In this document: one piece after another, positions 1-9,902 of the stretch
Layout of the letters: each line of letters opens with the position of its first letter
Position numbering within the stretch: position 1 is the stretch's first letter
Origin: a virus
Reading direction: 5' to 3' (one strand)
Virus record (IMG/VR): IMGVR_UViG_3300042447_000691
Length of the DNA stretch: 64,000 bases
Notes under the pieces: model-generated
Databases searched by the model: none
What the model saw: the letters and a program-made list of their open reading frames with translations, nothing else
Told to the model about the DNA's origin: nothing
Translations under genes and position numbers: made by a program

Positions 1-1
1 T

Positions 2-427
2 ACTTCACCACAACCATTACCGGTGGAAATGTTATATTTTGAAGGTGTAGGGTATGAAACAACAAACCTTTTAAAGTGGGCAACGGCAAGTGAACAAAAC
101 TCCAATTATTTTTCAATAGAAAGAAGTGTTGACGGATATGATTGGAGAGAGGTTGGAAAAAAAGAATCGGCAGGTAATTCAAACGAAATGATTAAATACT
201 CATACGTTGATCTGTTTACAAACAACTCGGTGGTGTATTACAGATTGCAACAATACGATTTTGACGGTCAATACAAGACTTACGGACCTATAGTTATATC
301 AAACTATCAGACAGATAAAAAAATCGTAAAATACGTTAATTTATTGGGTCAAGAAGTGGGTATAGATTCAAGAGGTATTATTATTGAAGTGTATGAGGAT
401 GGTACGATGAGAAAAATTATTAGATGA
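2..427 (+). CDS. C-terminal end (5'-truncated) of a Bacteroidetes-type secreted protein: LPVE-initiated Ig/Fn3-like module plus T9SS-CTD-like tail
   Basis: Frame is open from position 2 (TSPQPLPVEMLYF). Motifs LKWATASEQN..FSIERSVDG..W, YYRLQQYDFDG and YVNLLGQEV..IIIEVYEDG are typical of Flavobacteriales/Cytophagales T9SS cargo C-termini. Confidence 0.7.
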   Translation, partial: TSPQPLPVEMLYFEGVGYETTNLLKWATASEQNSNYFSIERSVDGYDWREVGKKESAGNSNEMIKYSYVDLFTNNSVVYYRLQQYDFDGQYKTYGPIVISNYQTDKKIVKYVNLLGQEVGIDSRGIIIEVYEDGTMRKIIR

Positions 428-903
428 TAAAAAGTTTTGATTTTATTAGAAGGTTGTTTGTGATAGTTCTTGCTACCCTACAACCTTTTATCATTTATTT
501 TTACTGTGGGGAATTACCATCAATATCACAATCGTGGGAAACTAATTTACAGTTTTTATTTATCTTAACAAATGCCCTTGTTAGTTATTTCTTTTTTGAA
601 ATAGATGAATGGAAAATACCATCGATGTTTTTATTATTATTAACGTCGTTTTCAGTACCTGACCATTTTTGGTTACATAATATTTTTGCAATCCTATTTT
701 TTCTGTCGTGTTTGATTCCGTTATACTTAACAAAAAGATTTAAATATTATTTATATATCTATTTATTATCCATTTTATTTTGGATATTTAATGGATTTTT
801 TTGGATGGAAACGTGGGGAATACTAACATTATGTGCATACCACTTACATTTAATGATATACGGATATTTATTATTAAATAGGAGAAATAATGGACATTCG
901 TGA
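424..903 (+). CDS. Multi-pass membrane protein, unknown function
   Basis: 159 aa with about 5 hydrophobic segments; start overlaps the upstream stop (ATGA). Confidence 0.6.
   Translation: MIKSFDFIRRLFVIVLATLQPFIIYFYCGELPSISQSWETNLQFLFILTNALVSYFFFEIDEWKIPSMFLLLLTSFSVPDHFWLHNIFAILFFLSCLIPLYLTKRFKYYLYIYLLSILFWIFNGFFWMETWGILTLCAYHLHLMIYGYLLLNRRNNGHS
865..871 (+). promoter_or_regulatory. Putative phage late promoter (TATTTAT)
   Basis: Motif 18 nt upstream of ATG 890; the same motif precedes many structural genes. Confidence 0.45.
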
Positions 904-1507
904 AATTATAAGAAAAGTATTAAAGGAAGCAATATCAACTAACGCAAGTGCTGGAATATATAATGGGCCAATAGCAATAGGATTAAAAAAATGGAAAAAA
1001 TCCGAATTAGGTCCCTTTACTGAATTTGTTGATACAGAGTTTAACCATAGTAAAAAACAAAAAACATTAAAAAATAACATTAAAGGGTATGTCGGTCATT
1101 GGGAAAAAAATAAAGATGGTTCTTACGAATTAGATAATTACGATGCACATACAATCAATGAAGATTTGGCGGTTTGGTTTGGGACAAAGAAGAAACCTAA
1201 AGGCTCTTCTCAACCAAAAGGGCCGTGGGTTAACATATGTAGAAAGGTTGACGGAAAACATCCTCCTTGTGGTAGATCCAATACTGATAAAGGTGGGTAC
1301 CCTAAATGTCGTGCTGCGGGGGTTGCAAGTAAAATGTCTGATAGTGAAAAAAGATCTGCGTGTCAACAAAAAAGATCTGCTGAGAAAAAAGATACCCAAA
1401 CAGGTAAAGGTCAAAAACCCGTAATGACATCATATAAACCAAAAAAGAAAAGGACCCAAAATGAGTCTTTAGAAATTATAATAAGAAATATTTTATCGGG
1501 TCTTTAA
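890..1507 (+). CDS. Basic Cys-motif phage protein, putative head-associated
   Basis: GPWVNICR..HPPCGRS..YPKC..SACQQKR motif, recalled from T4-like phage hypotheticals. IIRKVLKE N-terminal helix. Confidence 0.55.
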   Translation: MDIREIIRKVLKEAISTNASAGIYNGPIAIGLKKWKKSELGPFTEFVDTEFNHSKKQKTLKNNIKGYVGHWEKNKDGSYELDNYDAHTINEDLAVWFGTKKKPKGSSQPKGPWVNICRKVDGKHPPCGRSNTDKGGYPKCRAAGVASKMSDSEKRSACQQKRSAEKKDTQTGKGQKPVMTSYKPKKKRTQNESLEIIIRNILSGL

Positions 1508-1981
1508 CAATTTAATAAACTCTAACCAAGTGTCTAAGTCATTTTCATTTCTACCTATATTTGCAGAATAACAAGACAAAACAACATTCTCTTTGGTGTA
1601 TCCCTTATTCCCATCAATTCTATCCAAAGACGGTTGTTGAGGGTGTTTTTTCTTGTCTGAAGGAATTAATGGTATACCAAACCAATAACACAGTCCGTTT
1701 TGATCGTCAAACATTTTGTTTACGTCATCAATAGTAAGTGTGTTTTCTATTTTTCTATGTTTGGAGTCGTGTATTAATGTGTTTTGCCATAATCTAACTC
1801 TTCTTTCTTTTTGTAATATTCCTTCTTTTTTTCTTTGTTCAGGATCTAATCTTTTTCTTCTTTTATAATTTCTAGTGACTTCAAGAAGGCATTCTTTACA
1901 TCTATTACCTCTTTGTGTTTTGTAAAAATCATCAAAACTTTTGATTTTATTACATTTACTACATTCTTTGTGTGTTTCCAT
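1493..1981 (-). CDS. Freestanding HNH (homing-type) endonuclease
   Basis: N-terminal CxxC..CxxC zinc motif and CYW..SLDRIDGNKGYTKENVVLSCYSAN HNH-like core. Start reassigned to METHK (1981), 4 nt after TATTTAT. Confidence 0.8.
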   Translation of the reverse strand: METHKECSKCNKIKSFDDFYKTQRGNRCKECLLEVTRNYKRRKRLDPEQRKKEGILQKERRVRLWQNTLIHDSKHRKIENTLTIDDVNKMFDDQNGLCYWFGIPLIPSDKKKHPQQPSLDRIDGNKGYTKENVVLSCYSANIGRNENDLDTWLEFIKLLKTR

Positions 1982-2029
1982 ATAGATAAATATATGGATA
2001 AACAAAAAAACACAAAAAAAAGATTATTT

Positions 2030-2482
2030 CTAACCTTTTTTCCATCCACCACCTTTTGAGTTATATCGTTTTACTGCAGCACCATTACAATAGGCACTAG
2101 GACAAACTTCGTAACGTTGTCTAGCCCAAGACAACGATTGTTGCCATAAATCTTTATTAGTTGCAACATTTTTCTTTTTTTTACGACCTTCCTCTACCAT
2201 ATCTTTATCATCAATAGACATAGATAATTCCATTCCATCTTTTTTTGATTCATTCATAATAAAATCAAAAACTTGATCCATATTATTTTTTGCTTCAGAG
2301 ATGTGATCTTGAGCCCAATCGTGACCATTTTCCAAAATAGACTCAACCATTTCCTCATCTAAATCCAACAATAAATCACATTGTCTTCTCATTTGTTCTA
2401 AGTTAGAAAAAAACATATATCTTGATGATCTTTTATTTTCTTCTTCTCTTAAAACATTTCTAATAATTCTATTAATATTCAT
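2030..2482 (-). CDS. Phage protein, putative head-associated
   Basis: IIRNVLREE N-terminus. C-terminal W..A..R(Y/F)..PSAY.N..A.K.Y...GGGW motif, recalled from T4-like phage proteins. Confidence 0.55.
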   Translation of the reverse strand: MNINRIIRNVLREEENKRSSRYMFFSNLEQMRRQCDLLLDLDEEMVESILENGHDWAQDHISEAKNNMDQVFDFIMNESKKDGMELSMSIDDKDMVEEGRKKKKNVATNKDLWQQSLSWARQRYEVCPSAYCNGAAVKRYNSKGGGWKKG

Positions 2483-2486
2483 AATT

Positions 2487-4292
2487 TTAATTATTTAATC
2501 CGTTTACTCCACCTAATACAATCATGTTAAGTTGCATTATAGGGTTATTATAACCATCAGTGTAGATAGGGTGTGGGGGTGAAACTGAAGTAACTGTACT
2601 TCCTGTTGATCCACAATCACAACATATTACACAAATTGTTGATTCGGTATTTGCGCTCTCAATTATTTGGTCAGGACAATACAGACAACTGTAGAAAAAA
2701 TACGCCACGGTCATTCCTTCTGTTGATGCTGAACTAGGTAGTGGACATACACTTGTAATTGTATAACAATTTTGTCTTTGGTCTCTTATTGTATAATTAG
2801 GTAAAGTAAATCCATTTCCAATTATTGAAAGGTAATTACTTAAACTAATCGTTACAAAACTTTCTTCGTCAGTGTCACAATTAATTAATCCGACAGTTAT
2901 ATTGGAATTACTTAAACAAGTACCACAACCTTCATATAATTCAGTATTCCCTAAACTATCTTTTTTGGTGTCATAATACGTTGTTGAGCTCTCACCAGAT
3001 ACGGTACTATCTAGTTCAACACAAACATATTCATTTGAACCCCACATTGCTTTTACAACGTTTCCTGTAGTTAATCCTGCAGATGAGACTGTTGTAACAT
3101 AAATGTCTTGACCTGTTTCACAAATTGTTCCATACCACAATTCAATATTTACCGTTTCATTACAATTAGTACAATCATCAAAAGTATTTACACTATATAA
3201 AGTATAATCACCACCCGTTGTAATCTTACCTATAGTTGTGCAGGATTCTTGATATGGATCCCAATAAGTAGTACCTGATGGTAAATATTGGTACAAATAA
3301 ACAGTCCCTGTGGTTGGCCTCTCACTACAAGTAGCAAATTCATATGCAATACCATTACATTCAATACAAGGATCACAACCCGTTGATGGAACAAAATTTA
3401 AAAAATTAACATTATCAACCTCTTGATCTGACGAACCAACCACTCTAAAACATCCATCGTCGGTTGATAAATGACTAAAATCACCAATACCAAATAATGT
3501 GGAAGCCCAAACGGTATACTGAGTTTCGGGATCAACACAACTCTCTAATAAAAGTTTTTGATTAGATGCCCTTAAACAATCTTCACAAAAATCACCCTGA
3601 CCTGGATTACCGTAATCATGGACGAATGTTAATTCTGGTGATCCCGTACCTTGTTCTTGAACAACACCACAAAATTGATTTGTTCCGTCAGTATATGATA
3701 TGGTATTACCTATATATTGATCACCTATTAATAATACATAATCTCTAGAACCCTCAACACATCTAGCAACTTCATATGTTACCGAATTTGCAGATAAACA
3801 ACTTTCACATGAAGGTTGAGATTCTGGAACTGTAAATGCGGTTGATAATAATCGACCATTGTAATCCTCTTCAGTGTACATAGTTATTGGGGTTCTTTCA
3901 TTAATAACCCAACAAGAAGTGACTCTAAATACACCTCTTTTGGTAATAACATCAAAAGTACCGTAAAAGACTTGACCAGAAAATGGTACTACCCCAAAAG
4001 ACGATATTGGTGCTTGTAGTTGCGCATAATTTGTATTACCGTCACAAGATGCAAAATTTACCACACCATAATTTTCATTTAAACAGTCATAACAACCTTC
4101 GTAAGGTGTTTGAACATTTAGTGTTGCTCCAGTTACGTCAGGACCGGTCACTTCATAACATCCGAATAATGGTATGTTACCAACAGAAATAGCGAATACT
4201 GTATCGCCCGTTGTTAATCCAGTAAATCCGTTATAATTTATGCTGTCTCCCGGACCACTGGTTGTACATAAAATTGTATTAATTGCTGCCAT
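2487..4292 (-). CDS. Cys-rich tandem-repeat protein (7 repeats of ~70-95 aa), putative virion surface protein
   Basis: Each repeat carries C..C..CxxC (CYDC, CESC, CEDC, CDPC, CTNC, CGTC, CLYC); Thr/Gly/Ser-rich. Confidence 0.65.
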   Translation of the reverse strand: MAAINTILCTTSGPGDSINYNGFTGLTTGDTVFAISVGNIPLFGCYEVTGPDVTGATLNVQTPYEGCYDCLNENYGVVNFASCDGNTNYAQLQAPISSFGVVPFSGQVFYGTFDVITKRGVFRVTSCWVINERTPITMYTEEDYNGRLLSTAFTVPESQPSCESCLSANSVTYEVARCVEGSRDYVLLIGDQYIGNTISYTDGTNQFCGVVQEQGTGSPELTFVHDYGNPGQGDFCEDCLRASNQKLLLESCVDPETQYTVWASTLFGIGDFSHLSTDDGCFRVVGSSDQEVDNVNFLNFVPSTGCDPCIECNGIAYEFATCSERPTTGTVYLYQYLPSGTTYWDPYQESCTTIGKITTGGDYTLYSVNTFDDCTNCNETVNIELWYGTICETGQDIYVTTVSSAGLTTGNVVKAMWGSNEYVCVELDSTVSGESSTTYYDTKKDSLGNTELYEGCGTCLSNSNITVGLINCDTDEESFVTISLSNYLSIIGNGFTLPNYTIRDQRQNCYTITSVCPLPSSASTEGMTVAYFFYSCLYCPDQIIESANTESTICVICCDCGSTGSTVTSVSPPHPIYTDGYNNPIMQLNMIVLGGVNGLNN

Positions 4293-4304
4293 TTTTTTTA
4301 TTTT

Positions 4305-5765
4305 TTATTTTTTATTTACAATTTGAAATTGTAGTTCTCTTTTATAAGTATCTGTATTTTTATCACTTATCACTTTTATGTCAACAAAATATTCATTTGG
4401 TATTTTGTCTGTTGTATCAAAAACAAAATAATACCCGTCAGGTGTTCTATTTATTTTTGTCCAATCTTGGACTTGTACTTCTGTATTCGCCCCTTCTCTA
4501 ACATAAATCCTATAATAAGCCTCCACACTATTTAATACGGATTTTGATGAATATGCCTGTTTTACAACAACATTCACTTTTCTTACGTCAGTATTTAAAA
4601 CTTTTTCACTTTGTTTTATACCATCAAAACTAAACCCATAAATTTTAGGGTTGTCTGTTGTGGTTCCAATTTGGTATCTACCTGATTTTTCTAATAATGC
4701 AAATTCGTTTTCTTGATTATCAAATGACTGACCCCCGATCGATAATCCCTTCCAAACATCATAGTATATACAAGGAGCGTCAGTACAAGACATATTATTT
4801 ACAGAAACTTTATAAACACCTGTGGTGACAAGACATGTAGTTAATCCAGTAAATCCAATAACCTCATCCCCATTCGCATCCAAAATATCTACAGTAGGTA
4901 GAGAGTCCAAATTAATTGGTGTTCCATTATCGTAGATATATAAATAAAGGTCATTATTTAATCCACAATGAAAGTCGTTTCTGTTATCATCTATTAGGTC
5001 GTTATATGATGTCTCTAAAAATGGTTCATAAAACGTTTGAGTATGAGGAGAGAAAAACCCAACAGAATAATTTTCCGTCAACCCACTAATATTCTCAACT
5101 TGAGGTAAAAATGCTATACCATAACCGGTTACACCCGTTGTCCCTCCACTTAATCTAGAATTAATTTCGTTGGTCATATTAAACTCAATGTCCTCATTTC
5201 CAAACTCAAAATGTTGTGTATCAACAATGGTAAGTCCCGTATAATTTACACCTGTACCTGTTGATGAGTTATTGTTGCTATATATGCCTGAAGTCGACCA
5301 ACCACTTATAGTTGTTGTTTCAAACCAATTTGATGGTCTTTGTGAAAAAGATCTATCGTTTAGATTTGAAACCCCGAAATCGTAATAATCATACCCTACA
5401 CCAGAATCCCATTGTTGGTTTTGAGGTATCCTAAAAAGTATTAAATCAAAAGATGTTGCTCTTCTTCTCCCTTGAGATGTTTTATCGTTTAATAATTCAT
5501 TATCAAAAAAAGAGGTGTTTGTCATTTTTAACGTATGGGTAATAGATGAAAATCCGGTACACCCTGTAGACACAACTCCTTGAGTCACTTTTGTTCGTAA
5601 ATCTGTTAAATCAATGTTAAATATATATCGACTATACCCTAAAGGTACGGACGAATCGTCAACTCTACCGTAAAATAATTCCACAATAGGGTTTCTCGCC
5701 GTATTATTATACGAGTTATATAATATAGTGTTTGACTTATCAAAATAAGACCTATGAATTGACAT
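4305..5765 (-). CDS. Putative virion structural protein
   Basis: 486-aa beta-rich ORF, TATTTAT 15 nt upstream, next to the baseplate spike gene. Confidence 0.5.
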   Translation of the reverse strand: MSIHRSYFDKSNTILYNSYNNTARNPIVELFYGRVDDSSVPLGYSRYIFNIDLTDLRTKVTQGVVSTGCTGFSSITHTLKMTNTSFFDNELLNDKTSQGRRRATSFDLILFRIPQNQQWDSGVGYDYYDFGVSNLNDRSFSQRPSNWFETTTISGWSTSGIYSNNNSSTGTGVNYTGLTIVDTQHFEFGNEDIEFNMTNEINSRLSGGTTGVTGYGIAFLPQVENISGLTENYSVGFFSPHTQTFYEPFLETSYNDLIDDNRNDFHCGLNNDLYLYIYDNGTPINLDSLPTVDILDANGDEVIGFTGLTTCLVTTGVYKVSVNNMSCTDAPCIYYDVWKGLSIGGQSFDNQENEFALLEKSGRYQIGTTTDNPKIYGFSFDGIKQSEKVLNTDVRKVNVVVKQAYSSKSVLNSVEAYYRIYVREGANTEVQVQDWTKINRTPDGYYFVFDTTDKIPNEYFVDIKVISDKNTDTYKRELQFQIVNKK

Positions 5766-5788
5766 TTTGTATTTTTATATATAAATAC

Positions 5789-7345
5789 TTAGTTAATTCG
5801 AATATTTTCATTTATAATTTTAGTATATGATTCTTGCATTTTTCTAAGTAATTCATCAATACTTGTTCCATCTAAAGAAACTGAAGATGGTGGCATTAAA
5901 GGGTATGGGTGTACGTGTGTAGTACAGAAACTAACAATTAGACTTAACAACTCTAAAAGTTCTTCACCTCTAACCATCGATGAGGTATTTGGATATATCT
6001 CATTTATTATTTTTGTTTGGTCAATACCATATAATGTATTACTTAAATCCACCTTGTCTTTTCCTGGTATTTGTGATTCGTGAGACAATAAAAATACTTG
6101 ATTTGCACCTAACAAACTTATAGTGTTCTCCACGTTTTCAATTGTTGTTGGAATATAAACCTCTTTCTTAAAACTTAATGGTATATCTGTTGAAAGTTTT
6201 GCGTCTAACACCAATCCGTACCCTGGTGTAGGATCTGTCGGTGATATTCGTATTAATGAACTTAGTAAGGACATGTTTACAGTAGACAATAAGTTACCTA
6301 CTGATGTGAAATTTGTTGTTAATTCTCTTACCCTTTTTGATGGTCTAAAATAGTATGGGAACTGATCATTACTCCCTATTGGTGTTGAAAGTAACGAGTT
6401 TGGAGTCGTTAAAAAAGTTTTTAATATGTTATTTACAAAGGTAGACAACTCAATAAACCCCATTCCTTGGAATTGTATTGTCTTTACCTTGCACCCTGAC
6501 GTTTTACCCGAACAAGACAAATTTATTTCCGTATCAACATCAAAAACAGATGTTAAAGTTAGATATGCGTCCTGTTTATTAGGTAAACTATATATGTTTA
6601 AAGATCCTGTAAATGCTGAAAATTCATTTTCTGGATTTATTATGTCATACTCAATAAGGTAGTTAATAGGAAACGATTCATTTATTAGTCTTAACTTAGC
6701 TTGAGGTAGTCCAAAATTAAATTTGGAATCAAATTTTGATATCTGTAAGAACCCCCTATTGGTATTTGCTGTCGGTATTTCATTCGACTTAAATGGATTG
6801 TGTTTTCCTGCCCGTAATAATATATCATCTTTTTTAATAATTAAATCGGCAGTATCCCTACCGTTTATGGATATATCGAGAGGTTCAGCGAATACCCCCT
6901 TATAATTATCTTCCGTATATGTTCCGTCCGGATTTTTTATTGGAGGAAAACTTTTAGATGAATTTGAATAACCAGCATCTGTTCTGAGTTGTGCAGAATT
7001 AACATCTTCAAAATTGATCGAGGTAGGTGAGGAATATTGATCCATCATGTAGTATTTATTCCTACCGTATTTACTGGCGTTATTAAAATAAAATAACTTA
7101 ACCTTTTCTCCCACTTTTGGCACTTGATTTACAAAGTAAGGTAATAATGGGTAAAATAAAAAAGGGTCTATATCAGACCAAGGACCATTGGATAACGATT
7201 TTGAGTTTTGGTTAAACTTAGGGTTAGCGTCGATCACCGCCTGCTCAACATCGTTAATAGGTAGAACTCTAACCCTACCAAGCATTTGTGGATCATCAAT
7301 CGCAATGCAGGTACCAAAAAAAACTAATTGTTGGTTATTGTCCAT
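5789..7345 (-). CDS. Baseplate central spike, gp5/VgrG-like (OB-fold N-terminus)
   Basis: N-terminal G.C..IDDPQMLGRVRV OB-fold signature; C-terminal THVHP (HxH metal-binding spike-tip motif). Confidence 0.65.
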   Translation of the reverse strand: MDNNQQLVFFGTCIAIDDPQMLGRVRVLPINDVEQAVIDANPKFNQNSKSLSNGPWSDIDPFLFYPLLPYFVNQVPKVGEKVKLFYFNNASKYGRNKYYMMDQYSSPTSINFEDVNSAQLRTDAGYSNSSKSFPPIKNPDGTYTEDNYKGVFAEPLDISINGRDTADLIIKKDDILLRAGKHNPFKSNEIPTANTNRGFLQISKFDSKFNFGLPQAKLRLINESFPINYLIEYDIINPENEFSAFTGSLNIYSLPNKQDAYLTLTSVFDVDTEINLSCSGKTSGCKVKTIQFQGMGFIELSTFVNNILKTFLTTPNSLLSTPIGSNDQFPYYFRPSKRVRELTTNFTSVGNLLSTVNMSLLSSLIRISPTDPTPGYGLVLDAKLSTDIPLSFKKEVYIPTTIENVENTISLLGANQVFLLSHESQIPGKDKVDLSNTLYGIDQTKIINEIYPNTSSMVRGEELLELLSLIVSFCTTHVHPYPLMPPSSVSLDGTSIDELLRKMQESYTKIINENIRIN

Positions 7346-7541
7346 TATTCATTCTTTTTTTGTATTCTTCAAAAACTTTATCGTACGCACTTTCAGTACT
7401 ATCCAAATGATATGTTAACTTCACAAGTAAGTCTTTAGTTTTTTGAAAGTCATCGTTTAAAAATTCCATCGCCTCGACTAAATCCTTATTTGATGAATTT
7501 TTGTAGTTTTTTAATATGTCTAAAATTTTTTGTTCAACCAT
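7335..7541 (-). CDS. Small coiled-coil hypothetical protein
   Basis: 68-aa helical ORF packed between neighbouring genes on the same strand. Confidence 0.5.
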   Translation of the reverse strand: MVEQKILDILKNYKNSSNKDLVEAMEFLNDDFQKTKDLLVKLTYHLDSTESAYDKVFEEYKKRMNNGQ

Positions 7542-7543
7542 AA

Positions 7544-9523
7544 TTAGAAAAATTTTCCACCTCCTTTAGATGGTGTTGTAATACCTGCAGGTGTAATTGT
7601 TAATGGTGGTATAAACACCTCAACCTTACCGTTTTCAAACGTCTCTTGGTTCATACCCTTAGCTAACCCCATAAGCGCCATATTCATCATATTAGGTAGT
7701 CCATCCGGTGCGTCTCCGGTTGGTAGTCCTGCTTTTTGTAAGTTTTTAACTGCGTTTGAATACGCCCTAATTGATGAGACACCACTCAGTAAAGAGGCAC
7801 TTGCCAATGCAAAGTTTGGTAGACCAATACCTATTTGTTTTAAACCAAAATTTAATAGTTTTAAAATCTCATCAATAACACTTTTACAATTCCTATAGTC
7901 GACCACAGCTTCACCTAACAATAATAAAGCATACGCTATAGAGGTATACATCTTAATTTGTTTATTTTTAGTTTCATCAATAATCTCTAACAATATCGTC
8001 TCAACCAACAACCTTAGATTTTTCTTCAAAGTCTTGAATAGTATCTCAACAAATTCCGATGTAATTTTTTGTATTACTCCGATAACGAATTTTTTAAACG
8101 TTTTCATAAATCCAGACAAATCGTCAAACGAAGTGTCTAATTTTGTTGAAAGTTCATTTTGAATACCCTTAACCATAATTAAAAAACCAAACATGGTTTT
8201 TGGTGTCAATATTGATTTAAATGCTACTCTCGGCAATGAAAGTGCCAAATCCATATTTAAATTAAGTTTTAAATTTAATGAAGGGAACGGTATACCTAAA
8301 TTACCCGTGAGTTTCTCTTTCCAAATTTTATCGTTAACTATGGAATTTATACCACCATCTATTGCTGATACTTTTCCGCTATCGCTATTTTGGGATATAA
8401 CGTCCTCTAAAATATTAGCAACACCCTGTTCATTAATTGGTAGTTTAATACCTTCACAACTCTCAAACTCCATAACCCCGTTTAAGATGTTTTCAACTTC
8501 TGGATCTATTAATTTTGAATCTCCCGGAGTTAATTCAAAAAAACTATCATCAATAAAATCCTCATCACTTAATTTAGCGTTTCCTGATACGTCTATTTTT
8601 TTTGTGGGATCGTTACAAATACCCATAAGTCTTTTCATTACCTTTAAAAACCAAGAACTTTGTTCCACTTCCACCTTAGATTTTTTTAATCCATAATCTA
8701 AATTACCTGTAATTGAGTTAAAAATATTGGCGGTCAGTATATCAAAATTAAAAATATCAACACTACTATAATAATCCCTTAAAAAATCCGTAACAGAAGT
8801 TCTATTGTTTAATTGAGGTTTTAATGTGACTTTAATATAATCACCAAAAGTTGTTGGTAAAACCGCAGGATAGTTTTGAACGTATTCAAAATCAAAAAGA
8901 CCCTGACCAGAACCTCCTTTATAATCACTACCTAATTGGGTATTATAAGACACGTTTACATTTTGTAATCGATTGTATAATTCCCTATCCATAGAGTAAG
9001 GTAAACTTCCAACCCCTGTATCTGTGTTTTCATAAAAAAATTTTGCGTTTTTATCATCTGGAGAATATTTTAAAGTTTGGAATAAATCTATCTGATTTAC
9101 TTTAATATAAATCGGTTGGTTTAATGTTGAATCGTAAGACTGTTCTTCAGAACAACCTAAAGTTGATATCATTTCGCCGATAATTATTTCGGTAATTTTT
9201 GGTTTCAGCGCTTGTGTTGATTTCAAAAAAATGTCCCTTAATAGGTCCACAGAATTACCAACCGGTAGGGTCATCATAAATAACTCAAACATTTGTTCTA
9301 TTTGGTTTTTTGCTTCTGCCTTTAATTTGTTAGCCTGTTTTGTCCCTTGATTTTTAAGGTCGTTTAGTGACTGTACTTTTTGTGATTTTGTTTTTTCAGA
9401 AAACGAATTTACACTCTCAGATGATTGTTTTTTATCGTCTTTAAGTGTTTGATTAACAGTTTTTATTGCCGAAATTTTACTTTTGGCTTCGTTATACCCT
9501 TCATTTGTATCTAAAGTTGCCAT
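7544..9523 (-). CDS. Large hypothetical protein, probably structural
   Basis: 659-aa ORF in a late operon upstream of the spike gene. Confidence 0.5.
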   Translation of the reverse strand: MATLDTNEGYNEAKSKISAIKTVNQTLKDDKKQSSESVNSFSEKTKSQKVQSLNDLKNQGTKQANKLKAEAKNQIEQMFELFMMTLPVGNSVDLLRDIFLKSTQALKPKITEIIIGEMISTLGCSEEQSYDSTLNQPIYIKVNQIDLFQTLKYSPDDKNAKFFYENTDTGVGSLPYSMDRELYNRLQNVNVSYNTQLGSDYKGGSGQGLFDFEYVQNYPAVLPTTFGDYIKVTLKPQLNNRTSVTDFLRDYYSSVDIFNFDILTANIFNSITGNLDYGLKKSKVEVEQSSWFLKVMKRLMGICNDPTKKIDVSGNAKLSDEDFIDDSFFELTPGDSKLIDPEVENILNGVMEFESCEGIKLPINEQGVANILEDVISQNSDSGKVSAIDGGINSIVNDKIWKEKLTGNLGIPFPSLNLKLNLNMDLALSLPRVAFKSILTPKTMFGFLIMVKGIQNELSTKLDTSFDDLSGFMKTFKKFVIGVIQKITSEFVEILFKTLKKNLRLLVETILLEIIDETKNKQIKMYTSIAYALLLLGEAVVDYRNCKSVIDEILKLLNFGLKQIGIGLPNFALASASLLSGVSSIRAYSNAVKNLQKAGLPTGDAPDGLPNMMNMALMGLAKGMNQETFENGKVEVFIPPLTITPAGITTPSKGGGKFF

Positions 9524-9891
9524 TATAAACTGAAGTTTTGGTTTTTAGAATTATCAACATCTTTTTTTAATAACGTTTGTAATAGGTCATCATCCATATC
9601 GTTTAGACTAAAATCATCATCTTTGTCTTTATTCGATTTTTCCCATAGGGTTGATTGTAATTTAGATAGTGACAGTTTTTTTTCTATGGTATCGTTAATA
9701 ATTTTTTGTTGTTCCTTTATAATCGGACCGATTAAGGTCATATCTTCAGGATCCTTTAGCATTGCAAGCATCTTATTTTGTATTCTAACTGCAGTTGCCT
9801 TTTGCTCTACAAGTTCATTGTAGATTTCTTGCATAAGACCCAATACTGAATCTTTATTTAATGCTATTTCTTTTTTTCTTGTTCTAGTCAT
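9523..9891 (-). CDS. Hypothetical coiled-coil protein
   Basis: 122 aa, helical with an acidic tail; TATTTAT 4 nt upstream. Confidence 0.5.
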   Translation of the reverse strand: MTRTRKKEIALNKDSVLGLMQEIYNELVEQKATAVRIQNKMLAMLKDPEDMTLIGPIIKEQQKIINDTIEKKLSLSKLQSTLWEKSNKDKDDDFSLNDMDDDLLQTLLKKDVDNSKNQNFSL

Positions 9892-9902
9892 AACAATAAA
9901 TA

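Noticed and set aside
874-2052. Short ORFs 874..1080, 1130..1414, 1143..1424, 1846..2052
   Set aside because: Antisense or alternate-frame shadows of better-supported genes; no motifs.
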